Origin: Nitrospirota bacterium
GTDB taxonomy: Bacteria; Nitrospirota; Thermodesulfovibrionia; Thermodesulfovibrionales; JdFR-85
DNA length: 50,083 nucleotides
NCBI GenBank assembly: GCA_013151495.1
Contig: JAADIE010000109.1
Location: 1 to 50,083, forward strand
Direction of reading: 5' to 3'
The notes under the pieces are model-generated. The model worked only from the letters and a program-made list of their open reading frames with translations. It did not search any database and was not told where the DNA came from. This document shows, in pieces, positions 39,259-48,908 of the stretch; within the stretch, counting starts at the first letter, position 1, and each line of letters begins with the position of its first letter. The position numbers and the translations under genes are program-made.

Positions 39259-40515
39259 ATGAACCAGATTGGTACCATGTTGCCAAGCCCGCGGGGCTGT
39301 ATCACACTTCTGCCCGGTGTTTCCGAAGAAAAAAGGTCTCTTGAGCAGAAATGCCTTGAGATTATGCATCTGTGGGGGTACCGGGAGGTAACCACACCTA
39401 TATTTGAATTTCTTGATGTAATCCAAAGGGGTGTCAGCCAGGACCTTATAGAGCAGGGCTATAAAATTACGGATCGGCAGACAGGCAGGGTGATGATCCT
39501 GCGGCCTGATGTAACTCCTCAGATTGCAAGGATTGCTACCACAGCATTAAGAGATGAAAGACCTCTCAGGCTATCCTATGCCTTAGATGTCTTCAGGTTC
39601 GAACATGCCTACGGTGGTAGACAGCGGGAGTTGCTTCAAATTGGTGCCGAGTTAATAGGACCAGCTGAGACCGATGGCGACACCGAGGTTATTGCCCTTC
39701 TTGCAGACATACTTAATTTGCTTGGGATAGAAGATTACAGGATAATCCTTTCTCACACAAAGTTCCTTAATGGTTTGCTCGAGGAAATATCAACTGAAAT
39801 TAGGCCCAATATCCTGGAAGTAATAAAAAAGAAAAACCTCACCCAGTTACAGGCACTGTACAAAGAGGGTAAGATAAAAAAGTCTCTTTACTATACACTC
39901 AAAGAGGTATTGTTTCTCTTTGGAGACTACAGCGTAGTTAATGCCTCAAAGAGACTGGTAAAAAACAGTATTTCTTTACAGGCAATTGAGGCCCTTGGCA
40001 GCCTTTATAAAAGGCTTGATACCTATGGGCTTTCCTCTCATATACTGTTTGATCTATCTGAAACAGAAGGACTTCAGTATCATACAGGTGTTGTATTTCA
40101 GGTGGTGGATTTTCGGACGGGCCGTGTACTGGGTTACGGAGGCCGCTATGATGAGATGTTAAGGCTGTTTGGAAGCTCAAGCCCAGCAACAGGATTTTCC
40201 CTGGATGCTCAAGGTCTATTTGAGGTGGTAACAATAAAAAGACCACAAGAGGAAATCGTTTTGCTCTCAGCTACCCACTCGCAGGTCTACAGACTGTCAT
40301 CCATACTTAGAGACAGGGGATATACAGTGGTTTTTTCTTATAAAAATAAAAGGGGAGATCTTTTTAAAGAGGCATCAAGGATCGGTGCAAGATATGTGAT
40401 TTATGCACCAACTCAATCAGAAAACAGCTTTACCCTTTTTGGTCTAACCGAAAAGGGAGCATTCAAAAAGGTGGGGACAAACCTCACAATGGACAGAATT
40501 CTGAAAAGTATTTAG
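39259..40515 (+). CDS. hisZ: ATP phosphoribosyltransferase regulatory subunit HisZ
   Basis: 418 aa with a class-II aaRS-like (HisRS paralog) pattern: GYREVTTPIFEF, LRPDVTPQIAR, and GGRYD. It starts 1 nt after the serA stop. Confidence 0.82.
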   Translation: MNQIGTMLPSPRGCITLLPGVSEEKRSLEQKCLEIMHLWGYREVTTPIFEFLDVIQRGVSQDLIEQGYKITDRQTGRVMILRPDVTPQIARIATTALRDERPLRLSYALDVFRFEHAYGGRQRELLQIGAELIGPAETDGDTEVIALLADILNLLGIEDYRIILSHTKFLNGLLEEISTEIRPNILEVIKKKNLTQLQALYKEGKIKKSLYYTLKEVLFLFGDYSVVNASKRLVKNSISLQAIEALGSLYKRLDTYGLSSHILFDLSETEGLQYHTGVVFQVVDFRTGRVLGYGGRYDEMLRLFGSSSPATGFSLDAQGLFEVVTIKRPQEEIVLLSATHSQVYRLSSILRDRGYTVVFSYKNKRGDLFKEASRIGARYVIYAPTQSENSFTLFGLTEKGAFKKVGTNLTMDRILKSI

Positions 40516-40529
40516 GAGGTTTTACTGAA

Positions 40530-41822
40530 ATGGCTAAAACAGTTGTAGTGCTCGGTACCCAGTGGGGTGACGAAGGAAAAGGAAAGATTGTAGACTCCCT
40601 TACCGAAAGGGCAGACCTGGTGGTCAGGTTTCAGGGAGGTAACAATGCAGGCCATACCGTAATGGTTGACGATAAAGAGATAATCCTGCATCTCATCCCA
40701 TCAGGGATACTTCATGAAGACAAGCTATGTCTGATGGGGAACGGACTGGTTATAAACCCCAAGGCCCTTCTGGAGGAGATGAAGGAACTTACAGACAGAG
40801 GGATAAGGCTTAACAACAACCTTAAAATAAGTAAAAATGCCCATCTTATAATGCCCTATCATCTGGCTATAGAAAAGGAAAAAGAGGCCCAGAAGGGAAA
40901 GAAAAAGATCGGTACTACCCTGCGAGGAATAGGCCCGGCCTATGTGGATAAGATGGCACGAATAGGTATAAGGGTTGTTGATCTGCTATACCCTGATGTG
41001 CTCAGGGAAAAGATAGAGGCTAACCTTACCGAACTAAACCCTGTGCTTAGCAAGGTCTATGGTGCAAGGGAGTTTGACACTGAAGAGGTCTTCAGGGAAT
41101 ACATGGAATATGCTGAAAAGCTGATGCCCTTTATTGACGACACCGACATAATTGTGAATGAGGCAATTGATGAGGGTAAAAAGGTGCTCTTTGAGGGTGC
41201 TCAGGGCACACTGCTTGATATTGATCACGGCACCTATCCCTATGTAACATCCTCATCCCCTACAGCAGGTGGGGTTTGCACAGGTGCAGGTGTGGGCCCA
41301 ACCAAGATCAACACCATCCTCGGTGTTGTTAAAGCCTACACAACAAGGGTTGGTAGTGGCCCGTTCCCCACCGAGATTAAAGGACCCTTTGGTGATGAGA
41401 TAAGGGAAAGAGGTGGCGAGTATGGAGCCACTACTGGTAGGCCACGCCGATGCGGATGGTTGGATTTTGTGGCTCTAAGACACGCTGTTAGAATAAATGG
41501 CCTGACCGGACTGATAATCACAAAACTGGATGTACTTGATGGAATAGAGACCCTCAGGGTCTGTACAGCTTACAGATACGAAGGTGAGCTTATTACAGAG
41601 TTTCCAAAGGCCCTGAACATACTGGAGCAGTGTGAACCAGTATATGAGGAAATTGAAGGCTGGACAGAGTCCACCAGAGGAATAAATGATTTCAATAAAT
41701 TACCTGAAAATGCCAGACGCTATCTGAAACATATAGAAGACACCCTGGGGGTACCAGTTGATATAATTTCAACAGGCAAGAAAAGGGATGACATTATAAT
41801 ACTTAAAGAACACTTTGAATGA
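40530..41822 (+). CDS. purA: adenylosuccinate synthase
   Basis: 430 aa. Motifs are LGTQWGDEGKGK, GNNAGHT, TLRGIGPAY, and TKLDVL. Confidence 0.97.
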   Translation: MAKTVVVLGTQWGDEGKGKIVDSLTERADLVVRFQGGNNAGHTVMVDDKEIILHLIPSGILHEDKLCLMGNGLVINPKALLEEMKELTDRGIRLNNNLKISKNAHLIMPYHLAIEKEKEAQKGKKKIGTTLRGIGPAYVDKMARIGIRVVDLLYPDVLREKIEANLTELNPVLSKVYGAREFDTEEVFREYMEYAEKLMPFIDDTDIIVNEAIDEGKKVLFEGAQGTLLDIDHGTYPYVTSSSPTAGGVCTGAGVGPTKINTILGVVKAYTTRVGSGPFPTEIKGPFGDEIRERGGEYGATTGRPRRCGWLDFVALRHAVRINGLTGLIITKLDVLDGIETLRVCTAYRYEGELITEFPKALNILEQCEPVYEEIEGWTESTRGINDFNKLPENARRYLKHIEDTLGVPVDIISTGKKRDDIIILKEHFE

Positions 41823-41825
41823 TGC

Positions 41826-42311
41826 ATGTCTAAAAGAAGACATAAGAGGTTTACCAGAAGATTAGAGACCGAATTTTCCTCGGGGGGGGCTTAGTTTCAA
41901 AGGCATCTCTTCGGATATCTCTGAAGGAGGGATGTTTATACGCACCCATCATGGTTTTGTGCCAGGAACCACAATAGAGATTAAGCTTTATCTACCCGAT
42001 GGCTCTATTGCAAAACTTAAAGGTATAGTCAGAAGAACCATTAAAACACCCCATTACTTTATCAAAAATGGTATGGGTGTGGAACTGATCGAGACGGATG
42101 ACAACTTTAAAAACTTCCTGAAACAGGAATTGATTGGCCGTGAAAAACCTTTCAGAACTCAGCCCCCCACAAGCAACCACAGCATACCAAAACTCTCGAG
42201 TACAGTATAATAGCCTGTCCTTCATGTGGTGTAAAAAACAAGGTAAAAACAAAAACAGACAATACGCTTAGAGCAAAATGTGGTCGCTGCGGGGCTTATT
42301 TAACCTGTTGA
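41826..42311 (+). pseudogene. PilZ domain plus C-terminal zinc-ribbon protein, frame interrupted at G8 (41882-41889) and C6 (42163-42168)
   Basis: Frame 0 reads MSKRRHKRFTRRLETEFSSGGA-stop and holds the RxxxR motif. Frame +1 continues LSFKGISSDISEGGMFIRTHHGF... and holds DxSxxG. This is the track ORF 41932-42210. Frame 0 reopens after the C-tract, with no start codon, and encodes ...IIACPSCGVKNKVKTKTDNTLRAKCGRCGAYLTC-stop. Confidence 0.6.
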
Positions 42312-42988
42312 TTCCTAATGAATGCCCATTATGTAAGAAACTGTTCACAGGGAATGCACCTTTATGCAACCACTGTATCGATAAATTAAAACCTGTTGAT
42401 TTATCAACACACTGTCCTGTCTGTGGCTTCAGACTATATTATAAAGGACAGAGGTGTATGTCATGCATTATAACTCCACCCCAGCTTGACAGGTTGTACT
42501 TTTACACTGAATATACCGGAGCAGCAAAAAACCTGATTCAAACAATGAAGTTTCGATCATTAAAGTCTCTCTCCCTCTTTTTAGGCAGCCTGATGGCCGG
42601 AATTGATTTTCCACCAGTGGATGCAGTGGTACCAATCCCGCTAAGTAAAGAACGGTTAATCCAGCGAGGCTTTAATCAGTCTTACTATATGGCAAAGGTT
42701 ATCTCCAGCACAAAAGGGCTTCCGCTTGAACACCTGTTACTACGAAAGCTCAACACACCGGCCCAGAGCGGTCTCAACAAAAAGGACAGGCAAAAGAACA
42801 TTAGAGGGGCCTTTCAAGTAGACCGATTTAGAGGTATCAGTTCTATTGTACCCGGACGCATACTTTTAGTAGATGATGTTTACACCACTGGTGCTACATT
42901 AAACGAGGCTGCAATGACCCTTAAAACAGCAGGTACAAAAACAGTCTTTGCCCTGGTTTTTGCACGGACTCCCTTTGATCAAAATTAA
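42278..42988 (+). CDS. comF: ComF family protein (phosphoribosyltransferase-like, N-terminal zinc-finger)
   Basis: 236 aa. The N-terminus has CPLC...C..C and CPVCG...C..C, and the C-terminal PRT motif is ILLVDDVYTTGATL. Confidence 0.85.
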   Translation: MWSLRGLFNLLIPNECPLCKKLFTGNAPLCNHCIDKLKPVDLSTHCPVCGFRLYYKGQRCMSCIITPPQLDRLYFYTEYTGAAKNLIQTMKFRSLKSLSLFLGSLMAGIDFPPVDAVVPIPLSKERLIQRGFNQSYYMAKVISSTKGLPLEHLLLRKLNTPAQSGLNKKDRQKNIRGAFQVDRFRGISSIVPGRILLVDDVYTTGATLNEAAMTLKTAGTKTVFALVFARTPFDQN

Positions 42989-43041
42989 ATTACTTGCTTT
43001 TTTTGACTAAAAAATAGTTTAATAATTAAAATTACCAACTC

Positions 43042-43500
43042 ATGCTATATCACATTATGAAAAAGACCAAGCTACATAAGGAACTCTCTGAAGAAGAAAA
43101 AAAGGCCATGCCCCTTTACCCTATTGGGGTTGTTGCTGAGCTCCTTGGCACCACTGATCAGACCCTGAGATTATACGAAAAACATGGTCTCATAAAGCCT
43201 GCCCGCAGAAACAAAAACAGATATTATTCAGAAAACGATATAAAATGGCTAAAATGTCTCAGGGAATTAATTCATGTAAAAAAAATCAGTATTGAAGGAA
43301 TAAAAAAACTTCTTGAATATGCCCCCTGCTGGGAAATTACCGAATGTTCCAGTGAACGAAGAGAAAAGTGTTCCGCTTATATAGACAGAAGCAAACCCTG
43401 CTGGGAACTAAATCGGCTGATATGTAATCGGGAGTCAGGCAAAATCTGTGAAGACTGTATAGTTTATATTTCCAAAAAACAACCTCTCAAAAAGAAATAA
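43042..43500 (+). CDS. MerR-family transcriptional regulator with C-terminal Cys/Trp-rich (two 'CWE' motifs) domain
   Basis: The MerR HTH is YPIGVVAELLGTTDQTLRLYEKHGLIKPARRNKNRYYSENDI. The C-terminus is PCWEITECSSERREKCSAYIDRSKPCWELNRLICNRESGKICEDC. The start could instead be ATG 43057. Confidence 0.8.
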   Translation: MLYHIMKKTKLHKELSEEEKKAMPLYPIGVVAELLGTTDQTLRLYEKHGLIKPARRNKNRYYSENDIKWLKCLRELIHVKKISIEGIKKLLEYAPCWEITECSSERREKCSAYIDRSKPCWELNRLICNRESGKICEDCIVYISKKQPLKKK

Positions 43501-43518
43501 ACTCCATTCAAAAAAAGC

Positions 43519-43830
43519 CTACTTTCTTCTTAAAACAGAATAATCTATCTTTGAAGGACTGAACCCGGGATCTATAAGATAGGCCTGTTTAAAATACTTC
43601 CGTGCCTCATCATGTCTTCCAATCTTATATAATGAATAGCCGAGCATGTAATAGGCAGCTGCATCTGGCTTTTCCGATACATACTCTTTAAACACCTCAG
43701 ATGCTCGTGTATAATCACCCTTAACATAATATGTCAGTGCCTTCTTGTAGAGATCTGCAGTCTGGGCAAACACACCTGTTGAAAAAAGAGTCACTATCAC
43801 AAGACCAATGATACCCGATAAAACTCTCAT
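43519..43830 (-). CDS. small secreted TPR-repeat protein
   Basis: 103 aa. It has a signal-like N-terminus (VIVTLFSTGVFAQT) and two TPR-like repeats (YYVKGDYTRASEVFKEY, YYMLGYSLYKIGRHDEARKYFKQAY). Confidence 0.68.
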   Translation of the reverse strand: MRVLSGIIGLVIVTLFSTGVFAQTADLYKKALTYYVKGDYTRASEVFKEYVSEKPDAAAYYMLGYSLYKIGRHDEARKYFKQAYLIDPGFSPSKIDYSVLRRK

Positions 43831-43844
43831 ACCGTCCTCCTTTT

Positions 43845-46076
43845 TTAATCATTTTTATTCCATAGCAAATCCCTGAAGCTTTCCTCCAGCTCTCTGGAAT
43901 TAGCAGACTTCCATTTTTTGTATAATTTTACAACATTCTTTGGTCTATTAAAAGTGATTTTTTCTCCCCTACCAATAAGATATCGCATATAATGTTTCCA
44001 TATTGGAGCAGCAACCCGTCCACCACTCATACCTGCACCCAGGGACCGATTGTCGTCATAGCCAACCCACACAACTGTAACCATCGAAGGTGTGTACCCC
44101 ACAAACCAGGCATCCCTGAAACCATCGGTTGTTCCTGTTTTACCTGCCACTCCATCAGCCAGCCCACCGGCCAGTCTGCCCGTACCATCCCTTACAACCT
44201 GGACGAGCATCTGGGTTACCACATAAGCAATCTCAGCTTGAATCAACTCTGCCCTGATGGCCTCATTTTTTTCAAGCACCCTACCATGCTGGTCCCTGAT
44301 CTCCTTAATAAACAAGGGCTTTCTTATAATACCATCGGTAGCTGCAAAGGCCGTATAAGCAGCGGCCAGTTGTAATGGCGAGGTACTAAGCGATCCAAGT
44401 GCAATGCTTAAATCCCTTGGTATGGGTTCTGTAAAGCCTGCCTTACTTGCCAGACTTGCTATTTCATCAACACCAACAGACTCTGCAATTTTAATAGTGG
44501 CCACATTTAGAGAGTCCTTGAGGGCCTCAGCAAGGGTGACCTTTCCATGAAACCTCCTGTCGTAATTCATTGGTCTCCATACGCTCCCGTCTCGGGTCTT
44601 ATATTCAACTGGTGTATCGTATACAATAGAATCTGGACTGAACCCCTTGGTTAGGGCCAAGGCATAAATAAAGGGCTTAAATACCGAGCCAGCCTGTCTT
44701 TTTGCCCTTAATGCACGATTAAACTGACTTAATCGGTAACTGTATCCACCTACGAGGGCCTGCACATAACCATCCTGAGGCCTTATAGATACTATAGCCC
44801 CCTGAATCCGGGGTATTTGCTCAAGCCTCAGATAGGCAGTCTCTGCCTTAACATCCTTTATCTTAACCAGTACAATATCACCAGGCTTGAGTATCTCTTT
44901 TAAATTGAAGCTTTTAATCAACTCCCTGCGGCCTGACCTGTAAATCCTTCTTGCCCAGAGGGCATCCTTTTTCTTTAATACTCCATAAGCCCCCTTAACC
45001 TTACAGATCGCTCTGTCAGGATAAACCCTCAGTACAAGGGCCCTGCTCTTCTGACCCACAAAGGGCTTTAGGGTGTCTCCGGGCAGGATACTCTTGAATT
45101 CTTTTTGGATTGAAATACCCTTTTTATGTCCCAATGGACCTCGCCAACCGTAAAGTTTATCGAGTTTTTCAAGTTCACTTTTTAAGGTCTCAACCGCCTT
45201 GATCTGAGCCCATCTTCTCAGGGTGGTATAAACCCTGAGTCCTCCATTGAAGGTCTGCATGGGCCCATACCTTTTAATCAGATACTGCTTTATAGCATCA
45301 AGATAGTACCCGTAGATCTCATCCACCTGTGGGGCCTTTGTAATATGAAGTTTGATCCTTTCTGCCCTTTTTCGTTCGGAGGGCTTTAAAAAGCCAACCT
45401 TTTCCATCCTTTTTAAAACAACTCTGGCCCTTTTTTCTGCAAGCTCAGGGTTTCTAAAAGGCGAATAGTGTTCAGGTGCCTTTAACAGTCCGGCCAGCAC
45501 TGCAGCCTCTTTAATATTTATCTCTTTCACCGACTTACCAAAATAACCATCAGCAGCACTTTGAACACCATAGAACCCCCATCCAAAATAGGCCCTGTTA
45601 AGATAAAGTTCCAGTATTTCCTCCTTGGAAAGTGATCTTTCAAGCCGTAGAGCTATTATTAACTCCTTGATCTTACGAGTTATGGTCTTTTCGTTAGACA
45701 AAAATGCCATCTTGGCAAGCTGCTGGGTTATGGTGCTCCCACCTTCCTTGAATCGTCTGTAAATAAGGTCTTTAAGAAAGGCCCTGATTATTGCAAGGTA
45801 ATCAACCCCCCTGTGCTGAAAAAACCTGCTATCCTCTGTTGCTATCACCGCTTTAATCAGGACATCAGGCATCTCCTTTAAGGAAACATACTCCCCCCGC
45901 AGGCGACTTAACTGACCAATCAATACCCCATCAGATGCATATATCCTGGTAGGATTTTCCCGAATACCCTGTCTTATATCCTTAACACCAGGAAGACCTT
46001 TAAGAAAATAAAAGGCTCCGATAGTTGACAAAAATACCAGGAGCAACAGCCCACAAACAATGCATTTTCCTTTCAT
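43845..46076 (-). CDS. mrcA: penicillin-binding protein 1A (bifunctional glycosyltransferase/transpeptidase)
   Basis: The GT51 motifs are ATEDSRFFQHRGVD and GGSTITQQ. The transpeptidase motifs are SVFK (SxxK), SLN, and KTGTT. ATG 46076 (MKGKCIVCGLLLLVF, TM anchor) is preferred over the track start at 46133. Confidence 0.92.
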   Translation of the reverse strand: MKGKCIVCGLLLLVFLSTIGAFYFLKGLPGVKDIRQGIRENPTRIYASDGVLIGQLSRLRGEYVSLKEMPDVLIKAVIATEDSRFFQHRGVDYLAIIRAFLKDLIYRRFKEGGSTITQQLAKMAFLSNEKTITRKIKELIIALRLERSLSKEEILELYLNRAYFGWGFYGVQSAADGYFGKSVKEINIKEAAVLAGLLKAPEHYSPFRNPELAEKRARVVLKRMEKVGFLKPSERKRAERIKLHITKAPQVDEIYGYYLDAIKQYLIKRYGPMQTFNGGLRVYTTLRRWAQIKAVETLKSELEKLDKLYGWRGPLGHKKGISIQKEFKSILPGDTLKPFVGQKSRALVLRVYPDRAICKVKGAYGVLKKKDALWARRIYRSGRRELIKSFNLKEILKPGDIVLVKIKDVKAETAYLRLEQIPRIQGAIVSIRPQDGYVQALVGGYSYRLSQFNRALRAKRQAGSVFKPFIYALALTKGFSPDSIVYDTPVEYKTRDGSVWRPMNYDRRFHGKVTLAEALKDSLNVATIKIAESVGVDEIASLASKAGFTEPIPRDLSIALGSLSTSPLQLAAAYTAFAATDGIIRKPLFIKEIRDQHGRVLEKNEAIRAELIQAEIAYVVTQMLVQVVRDGTGRLAGGLADGVAGKTGTTDGFRDAWFVGYTPSMVTVVWVGYDDNRSLGAGMSGGRVAAPIWKHYMRYLIGRGEKITFNRPKNVVKLYKKWKSANSRELEESFRDLLWNKND

Positions 46077-46181
46077 ATCTTCATTCCATCTTATGGTAAC
46101 ATATACAAAGACGGGATTTCCCTGGTGAAGCAAAATATATCATTTGACCACTACCATTGTAATACTTTAAAATCAACTGTT

Positions 46182-46279
46182 GGGAGCGGATGGGGTTCTG
46201 GTGTCCCCCCCGGACTTCAAATCCGGTGTTCCCTGCCACAAGTGGGGAAGGTGGGTTCGATTCCCACACGCTCCCGCCA
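46182..46279 (+). tRNA. selC: tRNA-Sec (anticodon UCA)
   Basis: 98 nt, GGGAGCGG...CGCTCCC-G-CCA. The anticodon arm is CCGGA-CTTCAAA-TCCGG with TCA at 46217-46219. The extra arm has an 8-bp stem (TTCCCTGC/GTGGGGAA, including G-U pairs) with loop CACAA. The T arm is GTGGG-TTCGATT-CCCAC. The 7-8 bp acceptor ends with an encoded CCA. It was folded by hand. Confidence 0.9.
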
Positions 46280-46305
46280 GATCTTTTTAAAATTAACTTA
46301 AGTTT

Positions 46306-48348
46306 ATGGGGTATAATACGATCTATCAAAAAGTCCTAATATTAATCTTTAGCCTCTTAATATCCCTTTGCCTTCCAGGAGTTGTACATGCCCAGACCGA
46401 TAAAGAGGAACTTGTTGAAGAACTCTCTGAGTTGAGTATCGAAGAGCTGTTGAATCTGGATGTCCTTACTGTTGAAAAAAGAGCTGAAAAGATTCTCAAT
46501 ACACCAAGCGCTGTTTATGTAATTACTGAAGAGGATATAAGAAGATCTGGTGTAACCACCATCGCTGAAACCCTACGAGGTATTCCTGGTATCCAGGTAA
46601 GCAGGATAGATTCTAATTTGTGGGCAGTCAGTTCAAGGGGATTTAATGAACGATATTCAAACAAACTTCTTGTCATGATAGATGGACGGACTATTTATAC
46701 TCCTATATTTTCAGGTGTATACTGGGATGTACAGGACACGGTGCTTGAGGATATTGACAAGATAGAAGTAGTCAGAGGGCCGGGTTCAACAATATGGGGA
46801 GCAAATGCCGTTAATGGTGTGATTAATGTTCTAACTAAAAATGCAAAACATACCCAGGGACTGCTTTTCTCCCAGGTCCTGGGTAATGAAGATAAAGTAA
46901 TCACTACCCTCCGATATGGTGGCAAGTATAAAGAAGATATATACTGGCGCATATACGGTAAATATACTGACAGAGACAGTTTTGTAGATATAAATAATAA
47001 CGAAAACAATGACAGATGGTATGTCTCAAGGGCCGGTTTCAGGGTTGACTGGCTACCAGGCAGTGGCAGATCCCTGACCTTGCAGGGAGACATATACGAA
47101 GGCAAGGTTCATTCAGAAGAAATTGTTCCTACCTTGAACCCACCTTATTACTTTGATAGCAAAATCATAGAGGATGTTAGTGGCTCAAATATTCTTGGAC
47201 GGTGGCATCAGACCTTCAGTGCAGATTCGGATCTGGTTGTACAGTTCTATTACGATAGGGTAAAAAGAGTCCAGCACTTTAATATACCAGGGTACGAAGA
47301 ATACTACAAGATCGAAACAACTGACCTTGATATTACGCATACATTCAAAGTCTCACGACACCACATAACATGGGGTGGGGGCATACGATACATAACCGAT
47401 CGTATTGACAACAGCTCCCACATTACCTTTAATCCAAAGTCCAGGAGTCAATACATATTTAATGCCTTTGTGCAGGATGAGATAGAGCTTCTAAAAGATC
47501 GTCTTTATCTTACCTTAGGAACCAAGGTCGAACATAACGAGTACACTGATCTTGAGTTCGAACCCACCATCAGGCTGCTCTGGCATCCAGCTGAAGGGAA
47601 GACCCTCTGGGCAGCTGTCTCCAGGGCAGTAAGAACCCCTTCACGTATTGAGATGGACGGTAGAATTAATCAGGCAGTATACCCGGGAAGTCCACCGGTT
47701 ATGATTTCTCTGATATCCAGAGATGGCTTTAAATCTGAAGATGTTATCTCCTATGAAATCGGTTACAGGGCTGGCCTGAGAAACAATATGTATATAGATA
47801 TTGCCACCTTTTATAATGAATACGATAACCTGCGTTCCTTTGAAAAAGGGCCTGTTTTTGTTGAATCTGATCCGGTACCCCATATAGTACAATCCTATCT
47901 TGGTTTCAACAAGGTTTATGGAGAGACCTATGGATTAGAACTGTCTTTTAAATGGAAACCCCTGCAAATCTGGAAGCTGTCTTTTTCTTACTCCTATCTC
48001 CAGATACAGCTACACACCGAAAAAGACAGCACCGATACCATCTCGGAAAGCGCAGAGGGAGAAAGCCCCCATAATCAATTCACTGTAATCTCTTACCTTG
48101 ACATCACCCCTAATCTTGAGTTTGATGCGATAATTCATTATATAGACAATCTGCCCTCTTACAACCTTGGTAGCAACCTGATAACCAATCTCCGGCTTGG
48201 CTGGAATCCATCCAGGAATGTGGAATTTTCACTTTATGTAGAAAACCTCTTTGACAACAAACACCCTGAGATTGCCTCCAAGTATGTATCTGCAGCTACA
48301 GTGCAGATACAGCGCTCGGTATATGCAAAGATGCTTCTCAGGTTCTAA
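46306..48348 (+). CDS. TonB-dependent outer-membrane receptor
   Basis: 680 aa. It has a signal peptide ending VHAQT, a plug domain (VYVITEEDIRRSGVTTIAETLRGIPGIQV, VEVVRGPGSTIWGANAVNGVINVLTK), a long beta-barrel region, and a C-terminal aromatic residue (...LLRF). Confidence 0.88.
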   Translation: MGYNTIYQKVLILIFSLLISLCLPGVVHAQTDKEELVEELSELSIEELLNLDVLTVEKRAEKILNTPSAVYVITEEDIRRSGVTTIAETLRGIPGIQVSRIDSNLWAVSSRGFNERYSNKLLVMIDGRTIYTPIFSGVYWDVQDTVLEDIDKIEVVRGPGSTIWGANAVNGVINVLTKNAKHTQGLLFSQVLGNEDKVITTLRYGGKYKEDIYWRIYGKYTDRDSFVDINNNENNDRWYVSRAGFRVDWLPGSGRSLTLQGDIYEGKVHSEEIVPTLNPPYYFDSKIIEDVSGSNILGRWHQTFSADSDLVVQFYYDRVKRVQHFNIPGYEEYYKIETTDLDITHTFKVSRHHITWGGGIRYITDRIDNSSHITFNPKSRSQYIFNAFVQDEIELLKDRLYLTLGTKVEHNEYTDLEFEPTIRLLWHPAEGKTLWAAVSRAVRTPSRIEMDGRINQAVYPGSPPVMISLISRDGFKSEDVISYEIGYRAGLRNNMYIDIATFYNEYDNLRSFEKGPVFVESDPVPHIVQSYLGFNKVYGETYGLELSFKWKPLQIWKLSFSYSYLQIQLHTEKDSTDTISESAEGESPHNQFTVISYLDITPNLEFDAIIHYIDNLPSYNLGSNLITNLRLGWNPSRNVEFSLYVENLFDNKHPEIASKYVSAATVQIQRSVYAKMLLRF

Positions 48349-48357
48349 ATCAGCTGC

Positions 48358-48774
48358 TCACTCTCCTATTATCTTTACCAGCACCCTCTTGCGACGCCTG
48401 CCGTCAAACTCACCGTAAAAGATCTGCTCCCATGGACCCAGGTCGAGCCTGCCATTGGTAATTGCAACTACTACCTCTCTACCCATTATCTGTCTCTTCA
48501 TGTGGGCATCTGCATTGTCCTCACCCACATTGTGTCTGTACTGGGATACAGGCTCGTGGGGTGCAAGTTTTTCAAGCCAGACATCAAAGTCATGATGAAG
48601 GCCCGATTCATCATCGTTTATAAAGACCGATGCCGTTATATGCATTGCATTAACCAGCACAAGGCCCTCTTTTACCCCACTCTCTCGTACGCAGTCTTCA
48701 ATCTCCTGGGTTATGTTTACAAAGGCCCTCCGGGTGGGTATCTCAAACCACAACTCTCTACGATAGCTCTTCAT
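48358..48774 (-). CDS. yjbQ: YjbQ/UPF0047 family protein (secondary thiamine-phosphate synthase)
   Basis: 138 aa. It contains [33 protein letters not shown], and [18 protein letters not shown]. Confidence 0.87.
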   Translation of the reverse strand: MKSYRRELWFEIPTRRAFVNITQEIEDCVRESGVKEGLVLVNAMHITASVFINDDESGLHHDFDVWLEKLAPHEPVSQYRHNVGEDNADAHMKRQIMGREVVVAITNGRLDLGPWEQIFYGEFDGRRRKRVLVKIIGE

Positions 48775-48908
48775 TTTTTATCCTCCTAATTATGTTTTTA
48801 TTAGCTTAACAGATTTTATACAGCAAGTAAGATAAACTCTAATAAATAAATTGTTAAAAGTGCAAAATGTAAAACTTTCAAAGTACTTCTGTTATAAAAT
48901 ATTCTATA

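Noticed and set aside
46134-46305. tRNA locus checked as a possible integration hotspot or genomic island border.
   Set aside because: No integrase, direct repeat of the tRNA 3' end, or compositional break is visible on either side within the window.
46081-46329. An 82-aa minus-strand ORF.
   Set aside because: It lies entirely antisense to the tRNA-Sec gene and the start of the TonB-dependent receptor gene, and it has no supporting features.
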